A stretch of 64,000 nucleotides of DNA. Origin: Phycisphaerae bacterium. Lineage in GTDB: Bacteria > Planctomycetota > Phycisphaerae > UBA1845 > Fen-1342. Shown here piece after piece: positions 44,606 through 55,289 of the stretch (position 1 is its first letter; every line of letters begins with the position of its first letter). The notes under the pieces were generated by a model, which saw only the letters and a program-made list of their open reading frames with translations, was not told where the DNA came from and ran no database searches. The stretch is taken from positions 32,001-96,000 of the forward strand of contig JASFQK010000003.1 of NCBI GenBank assembly GCA_050115495.1. Reading direction: 5' to 3'. Position numbers and translations under genes: made by a program.

Positions 44606-47533
44606 TCAGAACGTTGCCCGACCCTGTTGCAGCAACGTCAACGGATGCGTCCGTCCCGTCGTCACCGCTGGCCACACCGCCGCCAGGGCCGACAGCGCCA
44701 ACACGCCGCCCAGCCCCGCCAGCACGCGTAACCACGGCACGACCAGCGGCGGATGCAGCCCGCCGAAGAAGCTGAGGTACTGCGACATCCCCGCCCCGCA
44801 CCAGCCGGCGACGATCCCGAATCCCAGGCTCAACACGCACGCCACCGCTCCAACGAGCAGTCCCTCGGCGATGACCAGCCGCACCAGCGTCCACCGCGTG
44901 AAGCCCAGCGCCCGCAGAATCCCCATATCCCACCGCCGGGCGCGAACCGACGCGAGTATCGCGTTGAGCACGGCGATCGACGTCACCACCAGTGTCACCA
45001 GCGGAAGCTGGCTCATCGCCCAGATCCACCGCTTCGCGTGCGCACGCACCATGCCGCGGATCCCCTCGACCGGCATGACCCGCACGTACGGCGCGTCGCC
45101 CAGCGCCCCGCCGATGGCGACGTCCCGCCCGACCACCTCGCCGTACAGCGCCTGCGCCGCGGCCCCCAGCTTCTCCGCGTCCGTTTTCGCCGGATCAAGA
45201 TCCAGCCACACGTGCGACGCCGCCTTGAAGCCGAAATCGCCCGCCACCGTCGCATAGTCGGCGAACACCAGCGCCGCCGCCCGGTGCGTACGCGTCCGGA
45301 ACCCCGTCGGCTTCGTTTGCCAGTGCCAGCCCGGCAGCCGCACCGCGCCGGCGATCGTGTATTGCACCGGATGTTCATGGTTCTCCGGCGGAACCAGCAT
45401 GAACGAATCGCCGACCTTCAGCTTCGCCTCGCGCAGGAAGTGATCCGGCACAATGCACCCGCGGCCCGTCTTGAGCAGCGGTATCGCCTCCGCGGCCGAG
45501 CCTTTCTGCCAGTCGAGCGTCAGCAGGGGCGTATCCCCGCCGAACGCTCGCTCCGGATCGAGCCCGACGATGACCACGTTGTCCTGCCGTGTGACCGAAG
45601 CGCGCTCAGCGCTGTTGGTCAGATCTTCCAATAGCCGCGGCTGCTCAGCGACGATCGGCAGGCACCGCCCACCATCGACGCCGGGAAACTGCGCGACCGA
45701 GGCCACCCGTTCCGGCGGCAGCCCATCCGGCTGGAACGTGATCAGCGCATCCGGCGCCCATGCCCCGGGGATGAACGGCGCCAGCATCGTGAACCCCCAG
45801 ACCTGGATGGCCACGTACAGCCCGAGCCCGATCGTCAGCGCCACCGAGGTGCTCACTGTCCGCCACAGGTTGCTCGATATCTGGCTGCCCAGCAACGTCG
45901 GTTCGAGCGCCAGCACGCGGGCCAGCACGGGGCTGATCAGCCGATCGACCAGCACGACCGCCGCCGGCGCCAGCAGGATGAAACCGACCGCCATCGCCGC
46001 TCCACCAAGGAGCATGTACAGCACGAACGGCGCATCATCAGCGTGCGGAATAGCGAACGTGATGATCGGATTGACCACGATGAGCAGCAGCCCCACGACG
46101 ACCGCCGCCACCGGAACGTGTCGCGCCGTCGTCGGCGACTGCGGCGCCATCGCATCGATCGGCCGCACCCGCGTCGCGCGAAAGGCCGGCACCAGCGCTG
46201 CGAGCAGCGCCCCGCCGTACGCGCACGCCGCGGCGAGCAGCACGCTGTTGACGCCCATGACAGCGCCGCCCGTGAGCGGGCCGGACGTCGTTTGGGTGGC
46301 GAAGGTCAGCACTACCTGCCCGGCCCCGATCCCGCCGAGAAACCCGATCGTCGCCAGCAGCAGGCTTTCGATCAGAATCAGTTGGGCGACCTGCGCCCGC
46401 GTGAGCACGACCGCCCGCAGAATCGCCAGTTGCCGTGTTCGCTCGGTAACGCCGATGTTCAGCGTGCTGAAGATGATGAACAGCGCCGCCAGCAGCGAGA
46501 TCCCCGTGGCAGCGTAGGCCTGCATCCGCATGTTCTCGGCGGAGGCACTCTGGTCGAGCGTCTCCTCGATGTCGTGGGAATCCTGGAACTGGCAGGGCGT
46601 GTCGAATGCGCTGAGCCGCGTGGCCCAGCCAAAGCGGAACTGCGTGACGTCCACGTCCGGCTTGATCACCACGCCGACGAAGCTGATCTGCGACGGGCGG
46701 CCCTGAATGCGCTCGGCCAGTGCCATCGGCGCATACACGCCGCCGATGCTCGGGCTGCGCAACTGGCCACCCGCGACGTACGCAGCGAAGCCACCCGGCC
46801 CCATCGACGGTGTGCTCACCAGGCCGACGACGCGCAGGTGCAACGCATCCTCGCCATGGCCGGCCAGCAGCTCCCCGCCGACGCCGACACGCAACCGCCG
46901 TGCGATGTCAGCGCTGACGGCGACTTCCAGCGCGTCGGGACGAGCTGGGTCGATCCATCGCCCCTCCGCCAGGGGAAACGGCGCTTCCGTCGCATCGGTG
47001 CCCAGCAGGATGACCGTAGGAATGCGCGGTCCCGGCGTTGCCACCGGCCCGGGTCGCGCTCCCGATGCCCCACGCGGTCTTCCGCCCGGTCGCCCCGACC
47101 CTCGTCCCGGTCGTTCCGTTCCCGCCGACGGCCCAGCACTCGGCCGCGACGTGGGCTCCGAGGTCGGCTGCGAGGCGCTAGCGTCCGCGTCGCCGGTCCT
47201 CAGCGTCGCCCACGCCGCCCACATCGGATCTGCCGCCACCACCGCCGGATCGGCCCGCAGCGCCTCCACGAGCGCCGGCGGAACGTACTTCTCGGCGTGC
47301 GTCGGAATCGCTCCCGGCGCGTATTGCCGAAAGTGGCTGATCGGCGCGATCGCCAGCGGATACCGTCCGAGCGCCTTATCCGAGAAATTCTCGAACGAGT
47401 TCAGCAACGCGTCGTAACCGCTCACAACCCACACGACCATGCACGCCGCGGCGATCGTCGCCAGCGATGTGAGCACGACCCGCATGATGCGCTCGCGGGC
47501 AAACGCGAATGTCAGCTTGAGTACGAGCTTCAT
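44606..47533 (-). CDS. MacB/FtsX-family ABC transporter permease (duplicated)
   Basis: Two FtsX halves (VTERTRQLAILRAV; VRARRWDMGILRALG); ATGA overlap with the ATPase. Confidence 0.9.
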   Translation of the reverse strand: MKLVLKLTFAFARERIMRVVLTSLATIAAACMVVWVVSGYDALLNSFENFSDKALGRYPLAIAPISHFRQYAPGAIPTHAEKYVPPALVEALRADPAVVAADPMWAAWATLRTGDADASASQPTSEPTSRPSAGPSAGTERPGRGSGRPGGRPRGASGARPGPVATPGPRIPTVILLGTDATEAPFPLAEGRWIDPARPDALEVAVSADIARRLRVGVGGELLAGHGEDALHLRVVGLVSTPSMGPGGFAAYVAGGQLRSPSIGGVYAPMALAERIQGRPSQISFVGVVIKPDVDVTQFRFGWATRLSAFDTPCQFQDSHDIEETLDQSASAENMRMQAYAATGISLLAALFIIFSTLNIGVTERTRQLAILRAVVLTRAQVAQLILIESLLLATIGFLGGIGAGQVVLTFATQTTSGPLTGGAVMGVNSVLLAAACAYGGALLAALVPAFRATRVRPIDAMAPQSPTTARHVPVAAVVVGLLLIVVNPIITFAIPHADDAPFVLYMLLGGAAMAVGFILLAPAAVVLVDRLISPVLARVLALEPTLLGSQISSNLWRTVSTSVALTIGLGLYVAIQVWGFTMLAPFIPGAWAPDALITFQPDGLPPERVASVAQFPGVDGGRCLPIVAEQPRLLEDLTNSAERASVTRQDNVVIVGLDPERAFGGDTPLLTLDWQKGSAAEAIPLLKTGRGCIVPDHFLREAKLKVGDSFMLVPPENHEHPVQYTIAGAVRLPGWHWQTKPTGFRTRTHRAAALVFADYATVAGDFGFKAASHVWLDLDPAKTDAEKLGAAAQALYGEVVGRDVAIGGALGDAPYVRVMPVEGIRGMVRAHAKRWIWAMSQLPLVTLVVTSIAVLNAILASVRARRWDMGILRALGFTRWTLVRLVIAEGLLVGAVACVLSLGFGIVAGWCGAGMSQYLSFFGGLHPPLVVPWLRVLAGLGGVLALSALAAVWPAVTTGRTHPLTLLQQGRATF

Positions 47534-48288
47534 TCGGCCACCTCGACCGCCATGTGCAGGGCGTTCTGATAGGCGCCGGCGAGGGCCTGCGGATCGTGCA
47601 GCTCCGCCGTCGAGAAGCTGGCCATGTCCCGCCCATCCCTCAGCACCACGACACGGTCGGCCCACACCGCGACGGTCGGCTCGTGCGTGACGACCACGAT
47701 CGTTCGCTTCTGCTCCTTGCGCAATTCGCGCAGCAGCTTGCAGATCTGCTGACCGGTCACCGAGTCGAGGCTGCCCGTCGGCTCGTCCGCCAGGATGATC
47801 GCCGGATCGGTGACGAGCGCTCGCGCAATGGCCACACGCTGCTGCTCGCCGCCGGAGAGGGCGTCCGGCTTGTGCGACCGGCGGGCCTTGAGGTCGAGCC
47901 GTTCGAGCAGGGCGTCGACCCGCGCTTCCAGCCCAACCGTGTTCGTCGCCGGCAGGCGGATGTTATCCTCGGCCGACAGAATCGGGATCAGGTTGAACGC
48001 CTGAAAGACGAGCCCAATCCGCTGCCGCCGAAAGCGCGTCAGGTTCCCATCCGATAGCTTGGCCAGGTCCTGCCCTTCGACCCGCACGCGTCCCTCGTCG
48101 ACGTTGGTCAGGCCGGCGATGACGTGTAGCAGCGTGCTCTTGCCCGAGCCCGACGCGCCCATGATGGCGATGAACTCGCCGGGTGCGGCCGTCAGGTTCA
48201 CCCCGCTAAGCGCCGTGATCGTCGTCGATCCCTGGCGAAAGCGCTTCACAACCGACGTGACTTCCAGTGGCGTCACCGAGTTCTGCAT
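47530..48288 (-). CDS. ABC transporter ATP-binding protein (LolD/MacB-like)
   Basis: [34 protein letters not shown]. Confidence 0.95.
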   Translation of the reverse strand: MQNSVTPLEVTSVVKRFRQGSTTITALSGVNLTAAPGEFIAIMGASGSGKSTLLHVIAGLTNVDEGRVRVEGQDLAKLSDGNLTRFRRQRIGLVFQAFNLIPILSAEDNIRLPATNTVGLEARVDALLERLDLKARRSHKPDALSGGEQQRVAIARALVTDPAIILADEPTGSLDSVTGQQICKLLRELRKEQKRTIVVVTHEPTVAVWADRVVVLRDGRDMASFSTAELHDPQALAGAYQNALHMAVEVAE

Positions 48289-48376
48289 GTGCTTACCTTC
48301 ATAGGCTCAAGGTGAAATTCGCCGCTCGCTCCGGTCCGGGCGACCGCCAGTGCCGGCCCGCCGCCGGCTGCGCGTG

Positions 48377-49294
48377 CTACTTGATGATCCAGGTTTCCAT
48401 CGGTCCGTACACGCCCGTCACCATCCCCTGCGTTGCCGGCCCGAACGGGTAGAAGATCTTGTGCGCCGGGTACGTGCCGTAGGGCGTCCCTGCCGGAATG
48501 CCCAGTCCTTCCGGCGTCGTGCCCCAGTCTTCCTCGGGGGCCAGGTCGTGCCCGTCGTCGATCATCCGCTTTCCCGTGCGGATCTCGCCGGAGTGCCCGT
48601 CGAGGAACGCCGCGTTGAGGTGCCCGTAATGCCGGAACGCCAGGCTGCCCATTTGGTTGTTCAGCGCCGCGTTCGGCGGCATCCAGCTCGGGCCGATCGT
48701 CGGGGCGCAGTACCCAGTGAGCGTCGTGAACTCCTCGCCGCGGTTACGCTGGTAATCGCCGAAGGTCATCGTCTTGCTCGGGTCGGCCCCGGCCATCATC
48801 AGGTCGTTCCGCTTGATCCAGCGTTCGTACGTGCCACCCGGACCCGGCTGGAGGCTTGCCGACGTCGAGTTCTCATTGGCCCCGATGCTCACTCGCACGG
48901 AGTAATAGGCGCGGCTGTCGTCGCGAATCCGGTAGGCTTCCTCGGTCGTGTCCCCCATCGTGCCCAGCCGCCCCAACTGCTCGGTGACGTGGTCGCCCGG
49001 ACAGCGTGCCACCCGCCCGTCCTTGGCGTTGTGCAGGCTGACGTACCGCGTAAGTCCGCGCTCGAAGTCATACATCATATACACATCGACGCACCAGTCT
49101 TCGTTGTCGTTCAGGTACATCTCGTAGGCCAGCGCATACTGCCGCAGCAGCGACCGGCAACTGATCGATTTCGCCATGGCCCGCGCGTGGGTGAGCGACG
49201 GCAGCAGAATCGAAATCAGGGCGGCGATGATGGCAACCACCACCAGCAATTCGATGAGGGTGAACGCCCTCCGGGCCGTACGTGCGCTGTCCAT
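48377..49294 (-). CDS. Prepilin-type N-terminal cleavage / H-X9-DG domain protein (DUF1559-like)
   Basis: [40 protein letters not shown]. Confidence 0.9.
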   Translation of the reverse strand: MDSARTARRAFTLIELLVVVAIIAALISILLPSLTHARAMAKSISCRSLLRQYALAYEMYLNDNEDWCVDVYMMYDFERGLTRYVSLHNAKDGRVARCPGDHVTEQLGRLGTMGDTTEEAYRIRDDSRAYYSVRVSIGANENSTSASLQPGPGGTYERWIKRNDLMMAGADPSKTMTFGDYQRNRGEEFTTLTGYCAPTIGPSWMPPNAALNNQMGSLAFRHYGHLNAAFLDGHSGEIRTGKRMIDDGHDLAPEEDWGTTPEGLGIPAGTPYGTYPAHKIFYPFGPATQGMVTGVYGPMETWIIK

Positions 49295-49473
49295 GATTGT
49301 GCCCTCCACGGCAGGTTCGTTCGCCGACGCAACAACCTCGTGCGCCGAACCTGGCGGATGCCGCCCGTTCGCCCCTCCCTCCAACGTTGGTGAGCGACGG
49401 GCGGGTGTTGGTTCCACCTCGTCGCGATCGTAACCCCTCCTCGCCGCCTACGCTACCGCCTCGCTCGTTCTCT

Positions 49474-50241
49474 TCAGGGAAAGCTCGCCGGCCAGCTCCA
49501 CTTCCGCACACGCTCCAGGGCCACCCCGTCTGTCATGTTGAACCGCAATGGCGTGATCGACACATACCGCTCACGAACCACGGCCTGGTCGCTCTCCGGT
49601 GCGACCTGGTCGTCCGGCAGCCGGCCGTCCAGCGAGTACACCGTGTGCCCATCGGCCGTCATCTGCTTCAGGTAGTGCTCTTCCATCGGCGTCGTGCCCT
49701 GCGGGCAGCAGCGCACCCCCAGCGGCCAGCCCTCGTCCAGCGCGGGGATGTTCACATTCAGGCACACACCCGGCTCCGGGCCGGCGGCGATGATCCGCTC
49801 CAGCACGCTCCGCGCGATCCGCCCGGCCATGCCGAAGTTCAGTTCGTCCGACAGCGTCAGCGAGAACGCCACCGCTGGCAGACCGAAGAACGCCCCCTCG
49901 ATCGCCCCGGCCACCGTCCCGCTGTACAGCACGTTGATCCCCGTGTTCGCGCCGGCGTTGATCCCGCTGAGCACGATGTCCGGCGGCTGGTCCAGCAACT
50001 CGACGATGCCCAGCTTCACGCAGTCCGCCGGCCGGCCGTCCACGCTCCAGCCGTAGAACGCGTCGTTGACGTGCACGCGGTGCACGGACATGGGTGACCG
50101 CACAGTGATAGCGTGCCCCGACGCCGACTGCGGCGTCTCCGGCGCGACCACGTCCACTTCGCCCAGGTCAGCCACCGCCCGGTACAACGCCTCAATCCCC
50201 GGCGCCAGAATCCCGTCGTCGTTCGTAATGAGAATTCGCAT
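49474..50241 (-). CDS. surE: 5'/3'-nucleotidase SurE
   Basis: MRILITNDDG, VVAP, QSASGH, DGRPADCV, SGINAGAN, YSGTVAGA. Confidence 0.96.
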   Translation of the reverse strand: MRILITNDDGILAPGIEALYRAVADLGEVDVVAPETPQSASGHAITVRSPMSVHRVHVNDAFYGWSVDGRPADCVKLGIVELLDQPPDIVLSGINAGANTGINVLYSGTVAGAIEGAFFGLPAVAFSLTLSDELNFGMAGRIARSVLERIIAAGPEPGVCLNVNIPALDEGWPLGVRCCPQGTTPMEEHYLKQMTADGHTVYSLDGRLPDDQVAPESDQAVVRERYVSITPLRFNMTDGVALERVRKWSWPASFP

Positions 50242-50321
50242 GCGCGGCATTGTACGCGCAGCGGCCAGATGGGGAAAAGTCGCGGTGGATGAGACGGGAA
50301 GGGGGGGGCGGCCGTGTGCTG

Positions 50322-51359
50322 CTACACCTTGCCCACGACCGGCGTTGGCGTGTAATGCTGCTGCGCGCCGCTCGCGTCCACGTACCAGACTTGGTTGCGA
50401 CCGTGCCCCTTGGCGGCGTAGAGCGCGCCGTCCGCCTCGCCGATCAGCGCATCCAGCTCCGACTGCTCCGGTCGCATGCTCGCCGCCCCCAGGCTGATCG
50501 TCACGCGCACGCTGTTCTGCTCGACCGCGATCTCCTTCCCCTCGACCGCGGTTCGGATGCGCTCCGCCAGCGCCGTGGCTCCGGTGATCCCTTCCTCGGC
50601 GTTGACCACGAGGAACTCCTCGCCGCCGAAGCGCCCGCAGAAGTCATACCGCCGGCAGGCGTCGCGAATGCGGCGAGCGACTTCCTGGAGCACCAGGTCA
50701 CCGCTGTGGTGTCCGTACGTGTCGTTGACCCGCTTGAAGTGATCGATGTCGAGCATGATGCAGCTCAACTGCCGCCCGTGACGCCGGGCCAGGTCCCACG
50801 CCTCTCGGAAGCGCTCGATCGTGTACCGCCGGTTTGGCAGCTCTGTCAGTGAGTCGTAGTTAGCCAGGCGCGTGAGCTTCGAGTTGAGCACGGCCAGCTC
50901 GGCGTTGGATTTGCCCAGCTCGAGTTGCCGCTCGTAAAGCTCGTTTTGCAGCGTCAGGATGCGCTCGCCCGCGCGAATGCGAGCCAGCAGCTCCTGGAGA
51001 TCGTAGGGCTTCTTGAGGAAGTCGTCGGCCCCCGCCTCCAGCCCCTCGACCACCTTCTCCTTGTCGCCGTGAGCGGTCAGCAGAATGAAATGCAGCGAAC
51101 GGACGACCTGCGACGCCCGCAGCTCGGCCACCGCCCGGCAGAGCTCGATGCCGGTCATCTCCGGCATGAGCCAGTCGGCCACGACGATCTCCGGCCCCTC
51201 ATTGGTCAGGGCCGCCAGCGCTTCCTTGCCGTCCGCGCAGGCGATGACCGTGTATCCCGCCCGCTCGAGCTGTCGTCGCAACAGGGCGAGCGTGGCTGGA
51301 TCGTCCTCGGCGACGAGGATTCTGCGCTGACGCTGGTCGATGGCTGGCTCGGTGTCCAT
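50322..51359 (-). CDS. Response regulator receiver-diguanylate cyclase
   Basis: REC (LVAEDD, ADWLMP, KP); DSLTELPNRR, DIDHFKRVNDTYGH; I-site RRYD followed by GGEEF. Confidence 0.93.
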   Translation of the reverse strand: MDTEPAIDQRQRRILVAEDDPATLALLRRQLERAGYTVIACADGKEALAALTNEGPEIVVADWLMPEMTGIELCRAVAELRASQVVRSLHFILLTAHGDKEKVVEGLEAGADDFLKKPYDLQELLARIRAGERILTLQNELYERQLELGKSNAELAVLNSKLTRLANYDSLTELPNRRYTIERFREAWDLARRHGRQLSCIMLDIDHFKRVNDTYGHHSGDLVLQEVARRIRDACRRYDFCGRFGGEEFLVVNAEEGITGATALAERIRTAVEGKEIAVEQNSVRVTISLGAASMRPEQSELDALIGEADGALYAAKGHGRNQVWYVDASGAQQHYTPTPVVGKV

Positions 51360-51546
51360 CTGGCTGCAACGGGTACGAAACGGTTACTCTAGCCTGATAG
51401 CTCCACATCGGCCCGATCGGCGAGTTCCCTCAGTACAAGTCCGGCGGTCGGCGCCGACGCTCCTTACCCCGATAATAGACGCCGCCCGTTTGGTCTCCGG
51501 CGTTCCTGCCCGACCCAACCGGCGACCGTCCCTTGCGGAGGACCGG

Positions 51547-53850
51547 GTGAATACCGGTGACGCGCAGACCGAATCCTCGCGACAGCTCTGGCTCGTGCCG
51601 GACGAGGGCCGCACGCATCGCGGGCCCGTTGCCGACGTGGCCCTTCGGTTTCGCGCCCCACATCCATATTCCTACGCCGTCCCCGACGACCTCGCCCCGC
51701 GCGTACGCCCGGGCGTCTGGGTGCGCGTGCCGTACGGGCGGGGCGGCAGGCTCGTCGAAGGAGTCTGCCTGCGCGTGGATGAGCGCGTCTGGACGCAGAC
51801 GCAGAAGCCCATCGCCGAAGTCCTTTCCGCCGAGCCCGTCCTCACGCCCGCCCTCATCGAGCTCGGGCTCTGGATCGGCGAGTACTACGGCTGTCCGCCG
51901 GGGATGACGCTCGCCGCTCTGGTCCCGTCGGCAGCCCGCCAAACCCGCCGCCGCCGAGTCGTGTACCTGCGGGCAACCGGCCAATCGCCCGAGTCCGAAC
52001 TGACCCCCAAGCGCCAGGCGTTATGGGACCTCCTCCGCGAAACGCCCTTGCCGCGTAGCGAAGCCCTCGAACGCGCCGGCGTCGGTGCATCCGTCGCCGA
52101 CGCCCTCTGCGCCATGGGCCTGCTCGAAGTCGTCACCGAGCACGAGGAAGTCCCTCCCGACGTCGCCGCACCGTCCACCGGCCCGCGGCCTCCCTGTCCC
52201 GAAGACGCCTTCACGCTCAACGACGGCCAGCAGGCCGCCCTTGACCGCATCAACCAGGCCACGCAGACCGAAGACCTCTTCCGCGTCCTGCTTCTCTTCG
52301 GCGTGCCCGGCAGCGGCAAGACCGAGGTTTACGTGCGGGCCATCCGCGAGGTCATCGCTCGCGGCCGGCAGGCCATCCTGCTCGTCCCCGAAATCGCCCT
52401 GGCCACGCAGATCATCCAGCGCCTCGCCCGCCGATTCGACCGCGTCGCGATCTTGCACGGATGGCTGTCGACCAGCGACCGGCGCGCGACGTGGCACGCT
52501 ATCGCCGCCGGCGGCGTCGACGTTGTCATCGGCACACGCAGTGCGGTGTTTGCGCCCTGCCCGAATTTGGGTTTGATCGTCGTCGATGAAGAGCAGGACA
52601 GCAGCTACAAGAATCTCGCCGCCCCGTACTACCACGCCCGCGACGCCGCCATCAAACGCGCCCAGAACGTCCGCGTCGTCTGCGTCCTCGGATCGGCGAC
52701 ACCTTCGCTGGAGACCTGGCACAGCGCCCAGACGCTGGGGCACTTCGAGTTGCTGCGGCTGCCGGGCCGTGTCGCCGGCGCCCGTCTGCCGGACGTTCGA
52801 CTGGTCGAAATGGGCCGCCGTGAACTCGGCCAAACCACGACGATCCTCTCGCCGGAGTTGCAGCAACATCTCGTGGAAACCCTCGCCGCCGGCGAGCAGG
52901 CCATCCTGCTGCACAACCGCCGCGGCTACGCCCTGCACCTGCGCTGCACCGCGTGTGGGCTGATTATCGCCTGCCCGCGCTGCCGGGCGCATCTCGTCTT
53001 TCATCACGCCGACAACACCATGCGCTGTCACCGCTGCGGGGTGCGCGAGCCGGTGCCGCCACGGTGTCCGGACTCAACCTGCGGCAGACCGCTTGAGCGG
53101 CGGGGTCTGGCGATCCAGCGGCTGGAGGAGGAGCTGACCCGTCTCGTGCCAGAGGCGCGGCTGCTGCGAGTGGACCGCGACACGATGCGCCGAAGAGGGA
53201 GTTACGAAGAGGCCCTTGCACGCTTCGAGGCTGGCGATGCGGACCTGCTCCTGGGCACACAGATGGTGGCCAAGGGCCTGGATTTCCCGCGCGTCCGTCT
53301 GGTGGGTGTGATCGACGCTGATGCCGCCCCGTGGCTGACGCGGGACTTTCGATCTGCCGAACACGTCTTCCAATTAGTCATGCAAGTCGTCGGTCGCGCC
53401 GGTCGGCACGAAGGTCGGTCATTGGCGGTCGTGCAGAGTGCTGGTGTGCCGGAGATGCGCTCCGCGATCCGCTGGGCGATCCGCATGGACTACGAGCACT
53501 TCGCTGCCGAATTGCTCACCACCCGCCGCCGCTTCCAGTGCCCGCCGTTCACGCGGCTGCTGCGAATTGTGCTGGCCGACGCCCGACCGGGTCGTGTTCG
53601 CGAAGAGGCCTGCCGGTTGGCGACCGAGCTGACCGGCGTGGCGGGTCGGCTGCGTGCTGGCTTGAGTGTCCGCGAGGCCGCCCCCTGTGCCATCGGCCGC
53701 CTGCGGGAGATGGCTCGTTGGGAGATCGTCGTCCAGGGCCCGCGCGACGACAGCATACAGCGCTTCCTGCGCACGGTCCTATCGGAAAAGACCCTCACCG
53801 CCCGCGTCCAGCGCCTCACCGTCGACGTTGACCCCGTCGACATGCTCTAA
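51547..53850 (+). CDS. priA: Primosomal protein N'
   Basis: GVPGSGKTEVY, LVPEIAL, DEEQD, GSATPS, NRRGY, four CxxC pairs, GTQMVAKGLDFP; GTG start after GGAGG. Confidence 0.95.
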   Translation: MNTGDAQTESSRQLWLVPDEGRTHRGPVADVALRFRAPHPYSYAVPDDLAPRVRPGVWVRVPYGRGGRLVEGVCLRVDERVWTQTQKPIAEVLSAEPVLTPALIELGLWIGEYYGCPPGMTLAALVPSAARQTRRRRVVYLRATGQSPESELTPKRQALWDLLRETPLPRSEALERAGVGASVADALCAMGLLEVVTEHEEVPPDVAAPSTGPRPPCPEDAFTLNDGQQAALDRINQATQTEDLFRVLLLFGVPGSGKTEVYVRAIREVIARGRQAILLVPEIALATQIIQRLARRFDRVAILHGWLSTSDRRATWHAIAAGGVDVVIGTRSAVFAPCPNLGLIVVDEEQDSSYKNLAAPYYHARDAAIKRAQNVRVVCVLGSATPSLETWHSAQTLGHFELLRLPGRVAGARLPDVRLVEMGRRELGQTTTILSPELQQHLVETLAAGEQAILLHNRRGYALHLRCTACGLIIACPRCRAHLVFHHADNTMRCHRCGVREPVPPRCPDSTCGRPLERRGLAIQRLEEELTRLVPEARLLRVDRDTMRRRGSYEEALARFEAGDADLLLGTQMVAKGLDFPRVRLVGVIDADAAPWLTRDFRSAEHVFQLVMQVVGRAGRHEGRSLAVVQSAGVPEMRSAIRWAIRMDYEHFAAELLTTRRRFQCPPFTRLLRIVLADARPGRVREEACRLATELTGVAGRLRAGLSVREAAPCAIGRLREMARWEIVVQGPRDDSIQRFLRTVLSEKTLTARVQRLTVDVDPVDML

Positions 53851-53853
53851 GCC

Positions 53854-53933
53854 GAAAAAGGGGACTGGCTCCGAGCCCCACGTTTCATCCGAATTCGACA
53901 ACCGCATAAGGCTCGGTGCCTGTCCCCTTTTTC
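53854..53933. repeat. Inverted-repeat element, copy 1
   Basis: GAAAAAGGGGACTGGCTCCGAGCC...GGCTCGGTGCCTGTCCCCTTTTTC. Confidence 0.85.
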
Positions 53934-54028
53934 AGCGTGAGTGCCGCGACGAATCGGAGCCGGTAGGACTGGCTCCGCCCGCCGGCGACCTTGCTGGCGA
54001 CTCCCCAAATGATTGCTAGAATGAATTT

Positions 54029-54976
54029 ATGAGCAGTACTGGCATCCTTCTCGACGACCGTTTCAAGCGACACAGCACGGGCCAGGGCCATCCGGAGCGA
54101 CCGGAGCGCCTTACCGCCATCGAGCAGGGTTTATCCGGAGCGGGTCTCCTCGAGAGCTGCACGCGCATCGAGCCGGCTCTCATCCCCGAGGGTCTGCTCC
54201 AGTGCGTCCACACGCACGATTATCTGACCCGTCTCGACGCCGCCTGTCGCCAGGCCTACCCCTACATCGACGTTCCCGACAGCGCCATCGGCCCGGAGAG
54301 CTACGAGATCGCCCGGCTGGCGGCAGGGGGCACGGTGAAGGCCGCCCGTCTCATCGCCGGCGGCGATCTCAAGCGGGCCTTCTGCGCCGTGCGGCCGCCC
54401 GGCCATCACGCCGAGATCGACCGCTCGCTCGGGTTCTGTTTACTGAACAACCCCGCGCTCGCCGCCTCGGTCCTCCGCGACGAGTTCAGCATCGACCGGT
54501 TGCTGGTCCTCGACTGGGACGTCCACCATTGCAACGGCACGCAGAACGTTTTCGCGGCTGATCCGCGCGTGCTGGTCATCAGCGTCCACGGCCACCCTAC
54601 GTATCTCTATCCGGGCACCGGTTACGAGAACGAGGTCGGCGTTGACCGCGGCCGCGGCTACACGATCAACATCCCGATGCTTCCGGGCGCCCGCGATGAG
54701 GATTTCCAGGCCGCCTTCCGCCAGCGGATCGTCCCGGCGGTCGGCCGCTTCGCCCCGCAGTTCGTGTTGCTCTCCGTGGGGTACGACGCCCACGTCGACG
54801 ACCCCATCGGCAACCTCTCGCTCTCCGACGAGATCTTCGGCTGGATGACCGAGGTTGCGCTTGAGCTCGCCGACCGCCACGCCGAGGGCCGTGTCCTCAG
54901 CATCCTGGAAGGGGGGTACAACCTGGACGTGCTCCGCCGGTGTATCGTCGAGCACGTGCGCCTGCTGAACAGCTAA
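54029..54976 (+). CDS. Histone deacetylase-family amidohydrolase
   Basis: HPERPER, RPPGHHA, GFC, DWDVHHCNGTQ, YPGTG, GYDAH, LEGGY. Confidence 0.95.
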   Translation: MSSTGILLDDRFKRHSTGQGHPERPERLTAIEQGLSGAGLLESCTRIEPALIPEGLLQCVHTHDYLTRLDAACRQAYPYIDVPDSAIGPESYEIARLAAGGTVKAARLIAGGDLKRAFCAVRPPGHHAEIDRSLGFCLLNNPALAASVLRDEFSIDRLLVLDWDVHHCNGTQNVFAADPRVLVISVHGHPTYLYPGTGYENEVGVDRGRGYTINIPMLPGARDEDFQAAFRQRIVPAVGRFAPQFVLLSVGYDAHVDDPIGNLSLSDEIFGWMTEVALELADRHAEGRVLSILEGGYNLDVLRRCIVEHVRLLNS

Positions 54977-54987
54977 CGATGGTTGAT

Positions 54988-55060
54988 AAAGGGGACTGGC
55001 TCCGAGCCGTCGGCGTCGTTGGAGCTTAAGGGTCGCCTGAGGCTCGGTGCCTGTCCCCTT
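54988..55060. repeat. Inverted-repeat element, copy 2
   Basis: AAAGGGGACTGGCTCCGAGCC...GGCTCGGTGCCTGTCCCCTT. Confidence 0.85.
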
Positions 55061-55083
55061 CTTCGACCCGCACGGAGCGCAAC

Positions 55084-55122
55084 AAAAAAAACGACCCGCT
55101 CTCTCCGACGGAGAGCGGGTCG
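55084..55122 (-). terminator. Intrinsic terminator on the minus strand
   Basis: 12-bp stem CGACCCGCTCTC/GAGAGCGGGTCG with an A8 tract on its left, giving U8 on the minus strand. Confidence 0.75.
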
Positions 55123-55289
55123 AAACCAAAGCTGGCGGGAAGGGCGAGCCGAACATCATCCCGCCAACCCTCTCCACACAGCGTGGAGAATTTCATCGCA
55201 TCCCTACTAACCACCGGGGTGCCCGGGCTATTCCGGCTCGTCCGAGAAACGTGGTGAAAAAAGAGAGTACTTGTCCGGACCACCAGAAC

